A stretch of 62,751 bases of DNA, the filler included, from Sphacelaria rigidula (Eukaryota): assembly GCA_964200075.2 (NCBI GenBank). It is 6 parts of 6 records of this genome, joined end to end, with 100 filler letters (N's around TTAATTAATTAA, not from the genome) between each part and the next. Parts side by side here need not be neighbours in the genome. Positions count along the whole stretch, not along the records: positions 10,477 to 20,852 come from CAXNAA020006624.1; positions 20,953 to 31,327 come from CAXNAA020006625.1; 4 more parts are not named here. One strand, given 5' to 3'. The notes below the pieces were generated by a model, which was not told the DNA's origin, searched no databases, and worked only from the letters and a program-made list of their open reading frames with translations. This document shows, one piece after another, positions 12,129 through 25,280 of the stretch. A program made the position numbers and the translations under genes. Each line of letters begins with the position of its first letter. Within the stretch, counting starts at the first letter, position 1.

Positions 12129-15100
12129 ATGACTGACCAACGATCAAGCAGCGCGGATTGGATACCGACTACGACAACGGCAGGGAGAGGAGCAAAGGGT
12201 GGCGAACCCTGCGAAGACAGGATAGGATGGACGCCAGACGGTGATTTTAACCTGCTGAATCCAATGGCGAAATCACCGATCCGACCGCCTTCACCGCCAG
12301 AACAAGTGGCTGGCGGCCATAGGGGCCCTTACCCAGGCCTTGGAAGACTTACATCCACCGAAACGGCACCTTTGTCCGAGATCGAGACTGGCCTGTCTGA
12401 CCCTACACGCCAGACTCCGCCGGCGAGCTTCGGCGTCGATAATGCCAGCTGTGGTCTACAATCCGATGCCTCGCGATCTGCCGCGTCGAAGGCGCAACCG
12501 GTTATCACGAGTTTCAGTGGTGGTGCGGACGCGGGCGAAGAGAGCAACGGCGTCGGTCAAGCCCTCGCCTCGGGGAAGGAGGCCTACCCCCATGCCTCGG
12601 GCTATGGACAGGATAATGCGGACAATCACGCCGAGAGCGTTGAATCCATTGCGTCGAGGTCTTCGGATGACAATGCTGACACGGACGCATCGCACCGGCC
12701 GATAGTAGCAACAGTAGCAACAGCAGCAGCAGAAATGGAGGGGGCCGTGAGCTGTTCCCATGGGCCCAACAACAAAACGACCAGCAATACCACATCCGAT
12801 CACAACCACGGACTCGACCAATCCAAGAGGCAGCAAGGTGTAGAGGCGGAAGAGCACAACCGATACCAGGAGAACAATGCAATTGCTCATGCGCCAGAGG
12901 TGGAGGGTGTGCGGGCATTGATGTCGCCAGGGACAAACACGGAACACGAGTATCGGCCACTTTCCAGGGCGACCGAGGGCATGGCTGCTGCAGGGGATGA
13001 AACAGCGCTACGAGTTCGGCATGATGGGTCTCCGCAACGAAGCAGCTTCGGAGGTGGTAAGTTGATGTACCCTGGGAAGCCTCCCCTTCCGTCCCCGGGC
13101 CAGGCGCCTCATTATTTCAAGCCCTGACAAAGAAAAAAAATATGGGGACACAAAAAGTCCGATGACAACCATTTTTACGGCGGGAGGCCACAGAAGAATC
13201 CACCAGCATACGTCATGCGCGCACCAGAAATGTCACCCCGGTGCGGTCGAATTAGTCTTCTTCAGTGAGGGGACGCAACGGGTCAAATTTGTTCAACTTT
13301 GTGCACACAGCCAAAGTTAGCACTTGCGTGCCCAGCGTCTGCACAAACAAAAACCGGTACCGCCACCCCACCACCACGTCTATTTCTTACATACCGAGTC
13401 TCTTGCTGCACTTGGGCACAAGTTTTTACGGTAATGAAAAACACGCCCAGGGTAGACAGTTTTGCGTGAAATTTGTACAGTGTCTTGGCGATCTCCTCAT
13501 GTGTTTTCGTGCGCGGTGTTTTGTTTTGTTTTTGTGGACGCTGCTGTTATTACTTCGTCAAGATGGCTTTCCGCTATGTTATACGCTGGCGTTCATGTGC
13601 GAAATTCATCGAGTTTTTCATAGCTTGAACAAGGCCACCGTATGCTCGCGAGTTGATCATCACGGACTCAAGAAATTGACACCAGCTGACACTCCAAAAC
13701 ATGAAGAATAAACTTGCTTTGAACAACCTGCGACCTCGCGAATATGCTCTTTACCTACTTCGCCTCGGAGAAATTTTTTATCGGCTTTTTTTTTTTTTCC
13801 CGTGTTGTCTTGCTCTTTTTAGTCTCTGCGTTTTTTGTTTTTGTTGTCATCGTTGCTCTGGCCGGTGTGCTGGTTCTCGCGGAACTTAATTCATGCCTGA
13901 ATTAAAAACTGGAGACGCCACCGTAGGTATGGGCGATGCGGTAGAGTAGGCCATCCCTGTCTGGCCTGTTTGTGACCTGTTCTTGATCGTGGATCTTTGT
14001 TGCAGAAACTGCCGACGTACTACCGGAGAGATCCTGTCGGGGGCAGTTTTGCATCTGTTGCGATGTGTGCTTTGCCGTGGACGTTACAGGTTTCGACTAA
14101 ATCATTACTTTTTCCCGATAGGAGTCACGTTTCCGATGAGTGTCCCATCTACACCTTGTGATATTTTCTTCTGTCGTGGACGTTGGATGTCAGGATTGCA
14201 CATGAGTAGAGGCCGTGTTGCATTTTTTTTTTCCTTGTACTTTTCGGTGCACAACAACATACGCATGTTCTGATCTTCCGTGACCTGCCGCGATCTGTCA
14301 TGAACTGTTTTCCATCGTGGGGTGTCAGATATCGAGACGTCCGACATGCTGGCGGAGGCCGTGTTGGAAGAGTTAACGGTGGCTGCAGCAGCGACAACGG
14401 CGAAGGAAGAGTCGAAGTCTCCAATGGGCGCAGCTGGTCATGATGGCGGTCAGGTACGACACTATTACAGAGGAAAATTCGAACCATAATCCAGTCCGTT
14501 CCTATGCATGATGCTATATTCTGAAATTGCTGCAAAAATATGCCACAAAAAGATATCGGCCCGGTTAGCGCGATATGCACAATAACTTAACCATCGAGTA
14601 CTCCTTTCCTTTCTTTTCCTGGTTCTGGTTTTGTCTCTCAGATTACACCGCTTGCTTGCTCTTTCCGTTGTGTCCGCTTTTTTTTCTCAAGCGATGGTCT
14701 CCGTTTTGTTTCACTTACGTACGTCTATCTTATGGGTTATGACCACGGCTGGATTAGGACTCAGGGGGAATCAAGTAATGTACAACAATCAACTATCCTA
14801 TCCATCATATCGCCTTGACTGTTCACCCGTGAACTTCTTCATTTCATTCTTCCGGCAGATTGTGGTGGAGAGATGGATGTGCCGTAGGATTCGTGTCATT
14901 TTCACCGCCTTAATGTTGGCACTCTGTTGGTGTATATGGCCTTTAGTGCATCGGTTATGATCGCCGGACAGCTAACTGCGTACACGATATACATTGTATG
15001 GACTATGGCTATATTAATATCTGCATCGAAAATTGCCCTTCGTGTACCGCAAGCACAGCCCGGAGAAGCCAAGCAGGAGTTGCGGACCGAACAACGTCAG

Positions 15101-16893
15101 TCGGTTCTGTAGACGAGTACAATGTGTACAATACTCTAAACCCTGGGAATCGACAGAGTGATTGCAACAAAAAATGTCACCAGTATTCTCATGTCACATT
15201 GCACGTGGGGCAAACGTCTCGAATCCTTGCCCGGTCGAGAGGCCGGATTTGACCTTACGGAATGAAGGAGTATATACGGTAATACTCCGGAATTTTGTGC
15301 CGTTGTGCAGCCAAAATAAACTGATGTGTCTGTTGTGTTATCATATATCGTTCTTCATTCCTTGAGAGTCGTTCAAATGATTTTTTTCGAAGCTCTCTTT
15401 TTTTGGAATGTGTAATTTCAGGCTTCACTGGATCGAATTGTCAGCAGAACTTTGGTGCTTGTAGGACAGTATCAAACATAAAACATACCCGGAAAAAATG
15501 AACTGCAGGATTAATCACGCCGCTTGTTTTTTTCTTCTCCCATAACGCGGACCGAACGCACCCCACAAACTGCTGCTGCTCCACGGATTGTTCCACCCGA
15601 GCTTCCCTCACCCACCTATCATCACTTCTTGGTGTGTATGTTTCGTTTTGCACGCCAGCCGAACTTGCCGACAACGGAAGAAATGAGAAGAAAAAAAAAA
15701 AGTGTAACAAGAAAAATAACAAAAATCTTGGCGCTTTTAATGATTTTTTTTTGCGAATCTGCCGGATAAAATCCATGCGTATGGTCGACAGCAGGACGGT
15801 GTTTGCGGTCAGACATACGGAACTCCGGAGCAACCTCGCTTCGAGGCCTTTACCTTCTCCAACGGCGTATTCCAGCGCATGGATTCTGCGGAGAAACTGC
15901 AGCCGTCTAGCGGCAAGAGTAGCGGGCAGGCAATTCCTCCCGGCATGTGAGACCTGAGATCTTTTGTTCGCTGTTTTCGGTTGTTAAGATGTTAGCCTCC
16001 CTAGCCGCTGCGCCTCGATGTTGCAGTCAATTGGTACATCCTGAATCTAATTGGAACAAAAGGTTGAGGATGCGGGTCAGATTACCGTAAGGTGCATTTT
16101 TTTTATTCCGAGAAATGAAGAGCTTATTTTTGTCGTTGAAAACATGACGAGGAAGTTCCGTAGTACAAGTGGTCATAGTCCAATGCGCGATACCAAAAGA
16201 ATGTAGGGCGTGCACTGGGGGAAGGGGGGGATGGATTGATCCCTTGAGACCACACTCTTTTAAAGTGATTTGATTCGCGTGTTTCTGTTGTGGAAAAATG
16301 CCCGTGGAATGCTGCTCGAATTTTCCGCCAGAAGTCTCCAGTGTTCTATAGCTCATGAATCGTCTTTTGCGCCCACTCACTTTGTTCGCAGCTGTCTGGT
16401 GGATCAAGCGAAGGAGCTAGAGAAGCGCCGGAGGTATGAGCTGAGCAAGCAAGACATCAACACTTTCTCCACGGTCAGCGGGGCGAGTCCTAATGCTTCC
16501 ACACATTTCGAGAACGGTGTTGCTGTGGATAATGACGATACCAGCAGCCAAACCAACGGCAAGGAGGATGTTGCTGTGGATCCACGTGGTCGTCCTACCG
16601 TAGCGGGAGAACAGAGTACCAACGGCGACAACAATAACAAGAGCAACAGCAGCAACGAGACTCGAAGTGAGCGAGAGAAAGGAGACAGCGGAGAAGGTTC
16701 TTCGCCGAGAAAACATCCGACGGGTTCACCCACGAACGGGAATGCTTCCTCAACCATGATAAATTTTTTTACCGCGGCTGCGCGCGGAATCAAGCAAGCC
16801 CGAGTGATCACCGAAGCCTTGGAAGGTGGACCCAGTCGAGCAAGTCACCGCGGCACGACTGACCTCAACAAGGAAGGAGTAACGCCAACAACG

Positions 16894-16933
<40 letters not shown>

Positions 16934-19900
16934 AAGAAGCCGCAAAAACATTCCAAAAGGAAAATGAAGATAAATCGGAGAAGGCAATTCCCGACCGAAG
17001 ACAACGCACGGGCCCCGAAGGACACACCCCGCACGACAACTCTCCCGCCTCCCCCATCGAGAAGCAGAAGAATTCGGCGCCTCTTAGTGCAAGCGGCATT
17101 ATTGTTGATTCCGCGACCACGGATGAAAAGAACGAACGTTCTTGTCCGCTTCGCGAAAAACCTTCCTCTTTGGGCCCCGCTGCTCCGCAAATCGACGCCA
17201 GGGATGGCGAGACAACGCTGGTTGCAAGTGGAACCTACCTTGCGGGAAACTTGGACGTCTTGGGGGAAGTGCGAGGTACATTCTTCTGCTTTCATCTCTT
17301 TTTTTCGTTGTTGAGATTTTTGAGAGCATGCTGTGAATTATTTCTCCATAACGAGCCTTCAGGAGCGGCATTTTTTACGGTAACAATACCATCCAAACGA
17401 CCACCGTGTACCACTCCCTCCTCCCCCCCCTGCTAAAAACAAAAGGAAGGAAAATGACAAATGGGATGATGGCTACCTTCACGAGACGATCGTTTCAAGT
17501 CTTGCATGCTTTCCGCATTTGTATTTCGCCCGTGGACGGTTGGTAGATCCGGCGGGCACGAGGGTACGTGCACCGGAGAACGCACGACTTCCGGAGGGTG
17601 TAGCCGCCGCTGTGGATTGCGGTGAAGATATGGCGGCACAGCTGGCGAGGATCCGTAGACCAAGACAGATCTTCAACGGCCAGCCGGCTCCCAAGGTATG
17701 AAGCGAGTCATCACACCTTGTCCTCACTTTTCTCGATGACCTGGTATAGTCCGAGCCACTTCGAGTCATGACTCGTTCGGCGTGTGGCCATACTGTACTC
17801 GTCTTGGTCCCAAGGTGCCATGCGCTATGCGTTATGGTCCACTCAGTAGACGATCCCCCGGAGCCAGACTTCGCTTCAACGGTTTACCCTTGCTTCTAGG
17901 TAGGGTAGGATATTGTCGCTGTTTTAGTTCCACAATACGTCATGCTATGAAAAGATGTAGTTTTCAACCACATCATGCTCCGATATAATTGGTTGGAAAC
18001 TATGTCATGCTACACGACAGTTGGTTGGGAACTACGTTCTGCTCCAAGACCTTTGGTAGGAAACTACGTTGTGCCCCGATGAGGGCTGGAGTAAAACAAT
18101 AGTACAGGGAGTCGCGCGCCCGGCTGTTGTAGATGAAATCCGTAGGGAAAAGCGGGGGAAAATGTGTGTACTGTACATTTGTATGATTGTACCGCTTGGA
18201 CGTCGTTCTTACTTGTTGAATTCAGTCCTTCGGCAGTGGCTGAGGCTGCGGACCGTATCGTAAATACAAGAAGCATTCAAGCAGCTGCTAGGATTGCTCT
18301 CAATCATACTACATGCAGTTGAGGAATGACTTTCTTTCAGTCACCTGTTGCACAAAAAAACAAGGCTCGTACTACGTTATATTAACCCTTTTGGGACCGG
18401 ACCCCCCCTAACACACAACCCTGTGTTAGTGAAGAATAGAAAATATGTCTTCGAGCGACCTGCCCAATCACGGCGAGGCGAAATTTATCGACCAGATCCG
18501 AACGATCAGCGCGGGGATTGTTGTCGAGTGTAATGCCACTGCAAATATCGTGTGGGGGCTTTATCCCTGGCCCTGATAAGCCTCCCCAGGTTTCCAAGTG
18601 CAGGGTGGTCGCAGCTTGGTTTTATGGTATTACTTTCTCTTAGTACACCGTTCCCGAGTTTTTTCGGAGTGTTTTTTGGGTCCCAGTTTCATACTGAAAC
18701 GTAGTATTTTACACTAACACAGGGTAGACCGGAAAAAACCGGAAACGAGTGTACATGCTACCATGTTGTCATTTTCACGAGGAACAAAATCCCGGTGGGC
18801 TGTGGGAAGACAACAGGAGCTACCGTCATGAATCCTGCGTATCCCTCTGCCGATGACTTGCAGTGTGCAGTCCACATGTACGTAGTGGACGGGGATGACA
18901 AAGCTGTTAATAGGCAGCTGATTTCGGTAGCTAAGAATTGCCGAGAACGTGCAAGGGAGTATGCAGCGACAACTGCTGCTTCAGTCGGGGAGGCGTACTA
19001 GACTGCAGCGTACTACACTGTTGTATGCATACGCGCCGCAACGCTGATACCCTTCGAATAGAATTTGCCGCATGCAACAAGGGGGGAAATGGCGGCCCAC
19101 CCCGACCACAAATGGCTGTGTGACAAGGTGACGAGGACAACGGTATCATCCAACGAGTGGCAGGCGGCCCGCCGGGCGCCGCATCCTGTTGGAAGCTCTT
19201 TACCACGACTCATACTGCTTGCTACATCAGATGCACACCACCTAATGCACACCCTGCACCTGAAAGCACACTGGATGGAAGTTTCGGTCTTCGTCATAAC
19301 AACCCTGCGGTTACGTACGCGGATTTTCAGCAACACGCCACTGTTTCGTGCAGGCGCCAGACACGTCATTCGTGACCAGCCTCATAGGTCGTTCTGGAGG
19401 CCCGGTCCCAAAAGGGTTAATGGTCTGAAGACACACCAAGCAAATGAAAAGAGAAGCAAAAAGATGGCGTGCTAGGATGGTATTCGTGCAGGAATCCTGA
19501 ATCTTGTGCGCGCGTGAGTGATTGCTCCCGCGATGTAGCTGGCCCCTGCCTTGGTTTGCGTTTGCATTCATGCATGAAAGATTGACCCGTCACCGGCGCA
19601 CTCCTCCAACCAAAACTGCTACATTATTATTTATTATTTCCCACGGTAGCCCGATCGATCTCTAGAACCTGTGGCCACGGACGTAGACTCGCCTTTCCAG
19701 TACCGCTTCTACAATTCCTTACGGGAGACAGAAACGCCTTTTGAGCGGCTTCGTCCGAGAGTCCAAACACGAAAAAAAATTAAACGACATAATATAAAGC
19801 GTTCAATGTGAGCCAAAATATACACATGTTGTTGGTCAGGCACGAGGGACGGTGGATGACCCTGACGAGCTGATGGTAGGGGTGGTTGGCCTCAGGAGGT

Positions 19901-20203
19901 CTTCCCTTGGCTCTACTCGCGGAGGCGGAGGGGCGGGACAGAAGGGCATACCTCATGCCAAACGACGCACGCACCATCTACGCGGCTCGGTATCCGACGT
20001 GGTACAGAAAAGCTGTGCTCTCCGCGACCTCGGAGGAAGTGTGACTGAGAAGGAGGAACGGTCTGAGTACCGAGGAGAACAACGTCCTGTGAAAGAGCAC
20101 GAAGAACGGTCTCCGGAACACGGAGAACGGTCAGGGGATCGTGGAGACCATTCTAAGGAACGTGCGGCGACTTCTGATGGAGACGACAAACGATATCCTT
20201 TGG
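12129..20203 (+). CDS. Multi-exon gene for a large low-complexity, probably disordered protein of unknown function (partial)
   Basis: Long open exons with canonical donors: ~12129-13056 (gtaagt), 14329-14453 (gtacga), ~16392/16409-17275 (gtacat), 17547-17695 (gtatga) and 19840-20203 (gtgagt). The last three are phase-compatible. Poly-Ala and S/T/G/E/N-rich. Further small exons (13563-13640, ~14006-14089) are possible. Confidence 0.65.
15562..15953 (-). CDS. Two putative antisense exons inside an intron of the + strand gene
   Basis: Exon 15819-15953 has a CTAAC branch site ~40 nt upstream, a CAG acceptor and a gtatgt donor. Exon 15562-15615 has a TAG acceptor and a gtgcgt donor. Both are phase 0: VSHAGRNCLPATLAARRLQFLRRIHALEYAVGEGKGLEARLLRSS/VGEGSSGGTIRGAAAVCG. 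Confidence 0.45.
18386..19416. mobile_element. Non-autonomous piggyBac element
   Basis: Perfect 15-bp TIRs CCCTTTTGGGACCGG, TTAA target duplication (18382-18385, 19417-19420), no transposase ORF, intronic. Confidence 0.9.
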
Positions 20204-20619
20204 GTGAGTGAAGGGCTGCTGCGTACCCGTAGCGTGCGGGATTTTTTTCTGTTTCAATGTTGTTCTTGTCTTGGCGTCGTGAAGGATGCATATTTTTCGA
20301 CTCCTCCGTCCAAAACGTCGTGTACAGTAGACACCAGTCTGAGGGTCTTCGGGGGAGGCTGATCTCAACTCCGCTGCGCGGACCGACCGCGGCGCCAACG
20401 GATACAAAAGCGCGTTTTCTCGCATCCTACAGAAGTGTTATGGTCCGTTTGGAGTAAATATGCCATTTGTAAAAGTCTCCTTGCGACTTTTGCGTCTGTA
20501 CAAATTAGTGATGGATATCATATAGCAAATCTCGATGTTTCTACCCCTGATGTGTCCTGGTATACCCGGGGTATTTATCACCTAAAAATGCGCGATATAT
20601 ATATATATATATATATATA

Positions 20620-20852
20620 CTTCTTCTGTCTCATAAGTCTGTGCCGTTATGTTTGTATGAGCCCTTAACGATGTCCGATTTGATTTTTCGATTTTTTTGT
20701 TGCATTTGTTGGCGTTTTTTTAGCTAAAAACAATACTCCTTCTGCAACGTGGATGCTTGACCCGTGCAGCCTCGCGACCGAGACAAAGTGGGTCGGTCAA
20801 AATATGGCCATTTTTCGCTTTTTTTCCCAGTGAAGCATAACAGACCCATGAA
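20620..20852 (+). mobile_element. Stowaway-like MITE, truncated by the contig end
   Basis: Closely similar to 33304-33530; directly follows a (TA)n tract. Confidence 0.85.
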
Positions 20853-21029
20853 NNNNNNNNNNNNNNNNNNNNNNNNNNNNNNNNNNNNNNNNNNNNTTAA
20901 TTAATTAANNNNNNNNNNNNNNNNNNNNNNNNNNNNNNNNNNNNNNNNNNNNGGAAGTGTGGGGAAAGCACTGTTTAAGGCTTGAACCTCATCTCGGAGG
21001 TAAACCTCAATTCGCACAATTTGTTGTTA

Positions 21030-24000
21030 TACATGGTTTACTACTTCCGAAGTGAACTCCCCCCAGCGTCACTTCAAAGGAAATACGGCGTTTCGAGCGT
21101 CAAGAACAATCTCAGCAGATCCTTGACTACGTGCTCAGTAACCTTGGCTGCTAGTGGAAGAGCAAAGAGAACTTGATCGCTTGATCCATAACAACCAACA
21201 AGTAAGTATCTATCACCAGAAGTAGAAATCTGGTTCATGTCCGATATGTCCATCTACATCATCTCCCAGAACTGCAAGAAGCGGGCGGGTCGCATCGTTA
21301 TGGTGTGACTATTAGTACGTTTGCGTCGGCGTCATCCACAAGACAGCACGTATTCGCGAGTGTCGGCGAAAAGACCGGGTCATTCATAGCGTGCGTTGAC
21401 CACTTCAGTTGTTTTCATCACTCTGGCGTGCTCATGCGTAGTGTGCACCAACGTGAGCAGGCCAGCACTAGACTGCGTGGAATAGCCAACTTACCTGGCG
21501 CCCAACTTACTTGGCGCCCTAAGTGAGCTATACCATAGAAGATCATCATCATTTTAGAACGTACGCCTCCTGCCTCTTACCTGTTCCTCTGTCCTCATTA
21601 TCCTACATTAACCTATCCTTGATGGGCCCCAGCCGGGAGTCCCGCTCTTGCTGCAAAACTAGTCACGGCTTGTTCATCAGAATCGCTCTCGCCTGCTCGA
21701 GAATGGTCTGAGGGCTACCTTTACCTGGTATCCGTGGCTCCTTAGTTGGAGCCTCCCCCCACCAGGGCCTTGGTCTGACTTCCACTCTGCATCTTGAACC
21801 GACGAACGAGTTACAGCGGCTCCCGAAGTCTCTGGTAACTCTGCGTCGTCACGAGGCCACGTCGTAGCGAGGGTGCTCGAATCTCATCCTCACACTGGAT
21901 ATGAGTCAGGCTAAACAAACCTCCCGCTTCCACTTGATAGAACCGCCTTTATTATTCATGGGTGAACGAAATTAGCCAAAATCTATGGCAGGGCGTCGTT
22001 ATTTACCGGGAATGGTGTCTCGTAACAGTCGAGAGTAGTCGCAAGTTGCACGATATCATCTCTTTCCAGCTCGGCCGCTTCTTCCTATCCACCTGCGTCC
22101 GCCCTATGGGGTTTGAATTTCTCGCGCCTTGGTTTCCATCTCGTCAGCTGAGAACGAGATAATCTGGGTGTCGGATTCTCGGAAGTGTGAATCACCTTGC
22201 CCTGTCCTGTCCGCACCAGAAAAATAAATACCCGCCTGCCCTAATCGCTAACCCAACGTGGAGCAGGCAACGGCGTACGCTTCCACTCGCTGCTTCCATG
22301 ATCGCAGTTTTCCTTCCCTCTGACGATCAGCTTTCAAGGCGACTACATATGTCCGTCTCTTCCGATACGGTGCGCCCACCTGCACGGCTGAGACTGAGGT
22401 CTGCTCAGTGAGACACCCAGCTCCGCTTAACACGGAGCAACGAGCTCGTTCCCACCAGGAGAGCGCACCATCACAGCAGTACTCTCCAAGATCAGCGTTG
22501 TCACAGAGGTTCATGAGAGGAATCACTCGACCAACTCTTTGGCGACGCTGGCTGATGCGAACTCCGGCTTGGCCCATTCGATTGGTGCAACCCGACTTGT
22601 ATCCCCCACCAATACTTCTGGTTGCACTTCTTCCACAAGGTTGCGGAAAAAACCGCGCCCCGGACTCGTACGTACCAGCCTGACCCCCTTTCCAATATGG
22701 TTTACTCCAACACAATCCAACGCCTTCCAGTCCGCATCAGCGTATCACTTTCACGAACTCTTTGGCTGCCAAAATACTTCCTCCACCTCCAACTGGAAAA
22801 ACCCATTCGCTAAATCAACACTCGTAGAGAGTACTTGGGTTCTGTTAGCCCACTATACATGGTCTGCATGTCCGTCAAACTGCCGCTGTATGACTCCAGA
22901 AGTTGGTTCAGTCCACGATGATCTTGGCATAGTCGTAAACTACCGTCCGTCTTTCTTTCGATCCGTGACGAAGGCAGCTGCCCGTGCTGGCGTCGATCGC
23001 ACGTAGCCCAGGACTAGCTTGCTAGCGAAACCTTCTGAGCTTACGTCCTCCGTTAGATGCAGCAGCCACTGCAGCGTGGCATCGTCTTCCCACGCCACTT
23101 CAAGGCTTTTCCACACCTCATTTCATACTGCCAGTTCGCTCCGACCAGACGATCTCCCCGTCGAGTCGTCACCGAGCGCGCTTGGCTTGACAGCACAGGA
23201 GAGGTCCCACGCTGCCAAGTCTTCTTGGATGTTGGGGTGGTCGGTATCAACAGCTCCGAGGTTTGGGGGACTGTTAGACACGAACCGTACTCACGGCGCT
23301 TCAGGCGAAGGCCGAAATCTCGATCGCGCTTCGAAAGATGACGGGCTCTTGTTTTTCCTAAATGAACTCGCTCCCGAAATAAATCCATGGTAATCCATAG
23401 ACCACCCGGACCCATGCCTTTATTAACTAATCCTTTGTGTGGAAACGAATAAGAATTACCGCTGACCCGAGAATCTTCATCGGAGGTATCTTACTATTAC
23501 TAGGGTTAGCGGACCTCAAAATTCCTGCTCCCTGTCGTTGCAACGTATTTGCTATATTGCCCCACGTTACCAACAACCTCCACGACTGTTTCGATACATA
23601 GCTCCCCCCCCCCTGCCCCGGTGCCCAGTAACACCGTTACTGGTGAGCGGTGGCTACTCTTGTTGTGGTGCCAAACTTCAGCTTGCACCCACAGCTGCTG
23701 TGCATCGTTCCTACTCGCTTCGTCCAAAATGGCGTTCGAAGCAGGGGTAGCCCCGGGCGGGTGAAATGATCCATACAACGAATTTGCATGCGTACCCACC
23801 GGGCTAGGTGGAACCTAGTCCCCAGATCGATGCTACATAGGCGGCGGCAGCGGCGGCAGCAGCTGAGCATGAAATATGTACACTGCTGGTTGCGCCTGAC
23901 CTGGGATGAACAATGTCAACGGAGATCCAGATACTGGAAGTACCCGCTGAAAAAACACAGGAAAAGACCGGTTGTACAAACCGTTAGTCAGGAGCACTAT

Positions 24001-24260
24001 GCGAATTCATCTGCGGCGCCTCAGCGGCATTTTTTTTGAAAAGGTGCAAAAAATACTGCTGTTCTTGTCGTGGCGCAGAAAACCTGCTGCAGTTGCGGAC
24101 GCACAAAAGACTGATGCCGCTGAGGAGGTACGGCAACCTACTGCTGCGTGGGAGGGTGCGTCAACCTGCCGCTGCATGGGAAGGTGCTTGCACGGGAGGT
24201 TGTTGGACGAATCCCGTCGGGTAGAAGGGTTGAGGTCGAGGGTTCAAAGGGTATCCACTA
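21030..24260 (-). mobile_element. Degenerate Ty3/Gypsy retrotransposon (gag-PR-RT fragment-MTase-like-integrase)
   Basis: Manual translation across stops and frameshifts gives protease VTVLLGTGAGGG (~23600-23650), RT KKDG..RLCQDHRGLNQLLE...VDLANGFFQLEV (22780-22960), and integrase LVHTTHEH...YVLSCG*RRRK...MDISD...RYLLV..D...SDAG.EFTSEVV (21030-21560). Confidence 0.85.
21935..22741 (-). pseudogene. C5-cytosine DNA methyltransferase-like domain embedded in Gypsy pol (degenerate)
   Basis: Motifs in canonical order: II/III ADADWKALDCVGVNH; IV-like PEVLVGDTSR; VI-like TLILES; VII/VIII LSGAGC...VSAVQVGAPYRKRRTYVVALK; IX-like ELERDDIVQLATT; X ILANFVHP*IIKAVL. Motif I is absent. Confidence 0.6.
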
Positions 24261-24631
24261 ATTTTTTTACCGATTTGGGGTCAACTATGCGGTACTTGAC
24301 ACGTTAAGCCTGCACGCACGTACCACATTAATGTAAAAACACCGATTGAAAAAACTACGGATGGGTCATGACAGTGTAATACAATCTCTATGATTCCAGA
24401 GTCACGAGGGCGGTGTCTGGCGGAAACATTCTCAATCATCAACGGCGTGAGAAACGACGAAACAAGTAACATGGATAGCAGCGCTTCACCAGCATAACGA
24501 TCACAGACAAAAGAAGGGGGAAGGAGAGCGAAGAAAACAGCGATACAACCGGACAAAACAGGTCCACGCGTGTGCATTTGGCCGGGTTATCACGTGTCGG
24601 GGACAGCCAAGTCTAATTTCATGGACTCCCA

Positions 24632-24836
24632 AGGGAATTCTGGCTCCATGTCAACCTGTTCGAATATACATGGGAAAATCCTGGCCCCCGGCCAACCTGT
24701 TCGAAAACACATGGGAAATCCTGTATCCATGTCAACCTGTTCGAACATGCATGGGAGACTCCTGACCCTGTGTCAACCTGTTCGAAAGCGCATGGGAAAC
24801 CCTGGCTCCCCTATCAATCTGTTCGAACAAGCATGG
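24632..24836. repeat. ~40-41-bp tandem repeat, 5 copies
   Basis: Unit CATGGGAAATCCTGGCTCCATGTCAACCTGTTCGAA.... Confidence 0.85.
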
Positions 24837-25134
24837 TCTTGACATCTTAAGCCTTCGTCCTCGCCCATTTTCCTGTATGCGATTATATGCCGCCGGTTTG
24901 CTGCATGCTTCAACCATATCTCTAGTCCATACAATTCTCTCGTTCATCCAATGTGTGTCCGGCTTGTATGTTAGCAGCTTGCATAGTCTCAGCGATAAAC
25001 ACACGAGTCGTTCATTACAAGCCAAAAACTTCCATCAGATTATTTCCGGTGTAAATCTCGGGAATGGAATGTGTGGAACCCATGGACTCTCACGACCAGA
25101 AGAGAGTAATCCTGCCCCGGGGGCGGTCTTAGCG

Positions 25135-25280
25135 CGCACAGGTAGACGGTCATTTTCGAATTGATTGTCGGAGCACGCACATGTAGACGGAAATCTTCGA
25201 ATGGCTTGTCAGAGCGTGCACAAGTAGAGGGTCATCGTCGAATTGATTGTTGGCGCGTGCACGAGTATAGGCGGTCAACA
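25135..25280. repeat. ~41-bp tandem repeat, ~3.5 copies
   Basis: Unit GCACA.GTAGA.GGTCAT..TCGAATTGATTGT.GG.GC. Confidence 0.75.
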
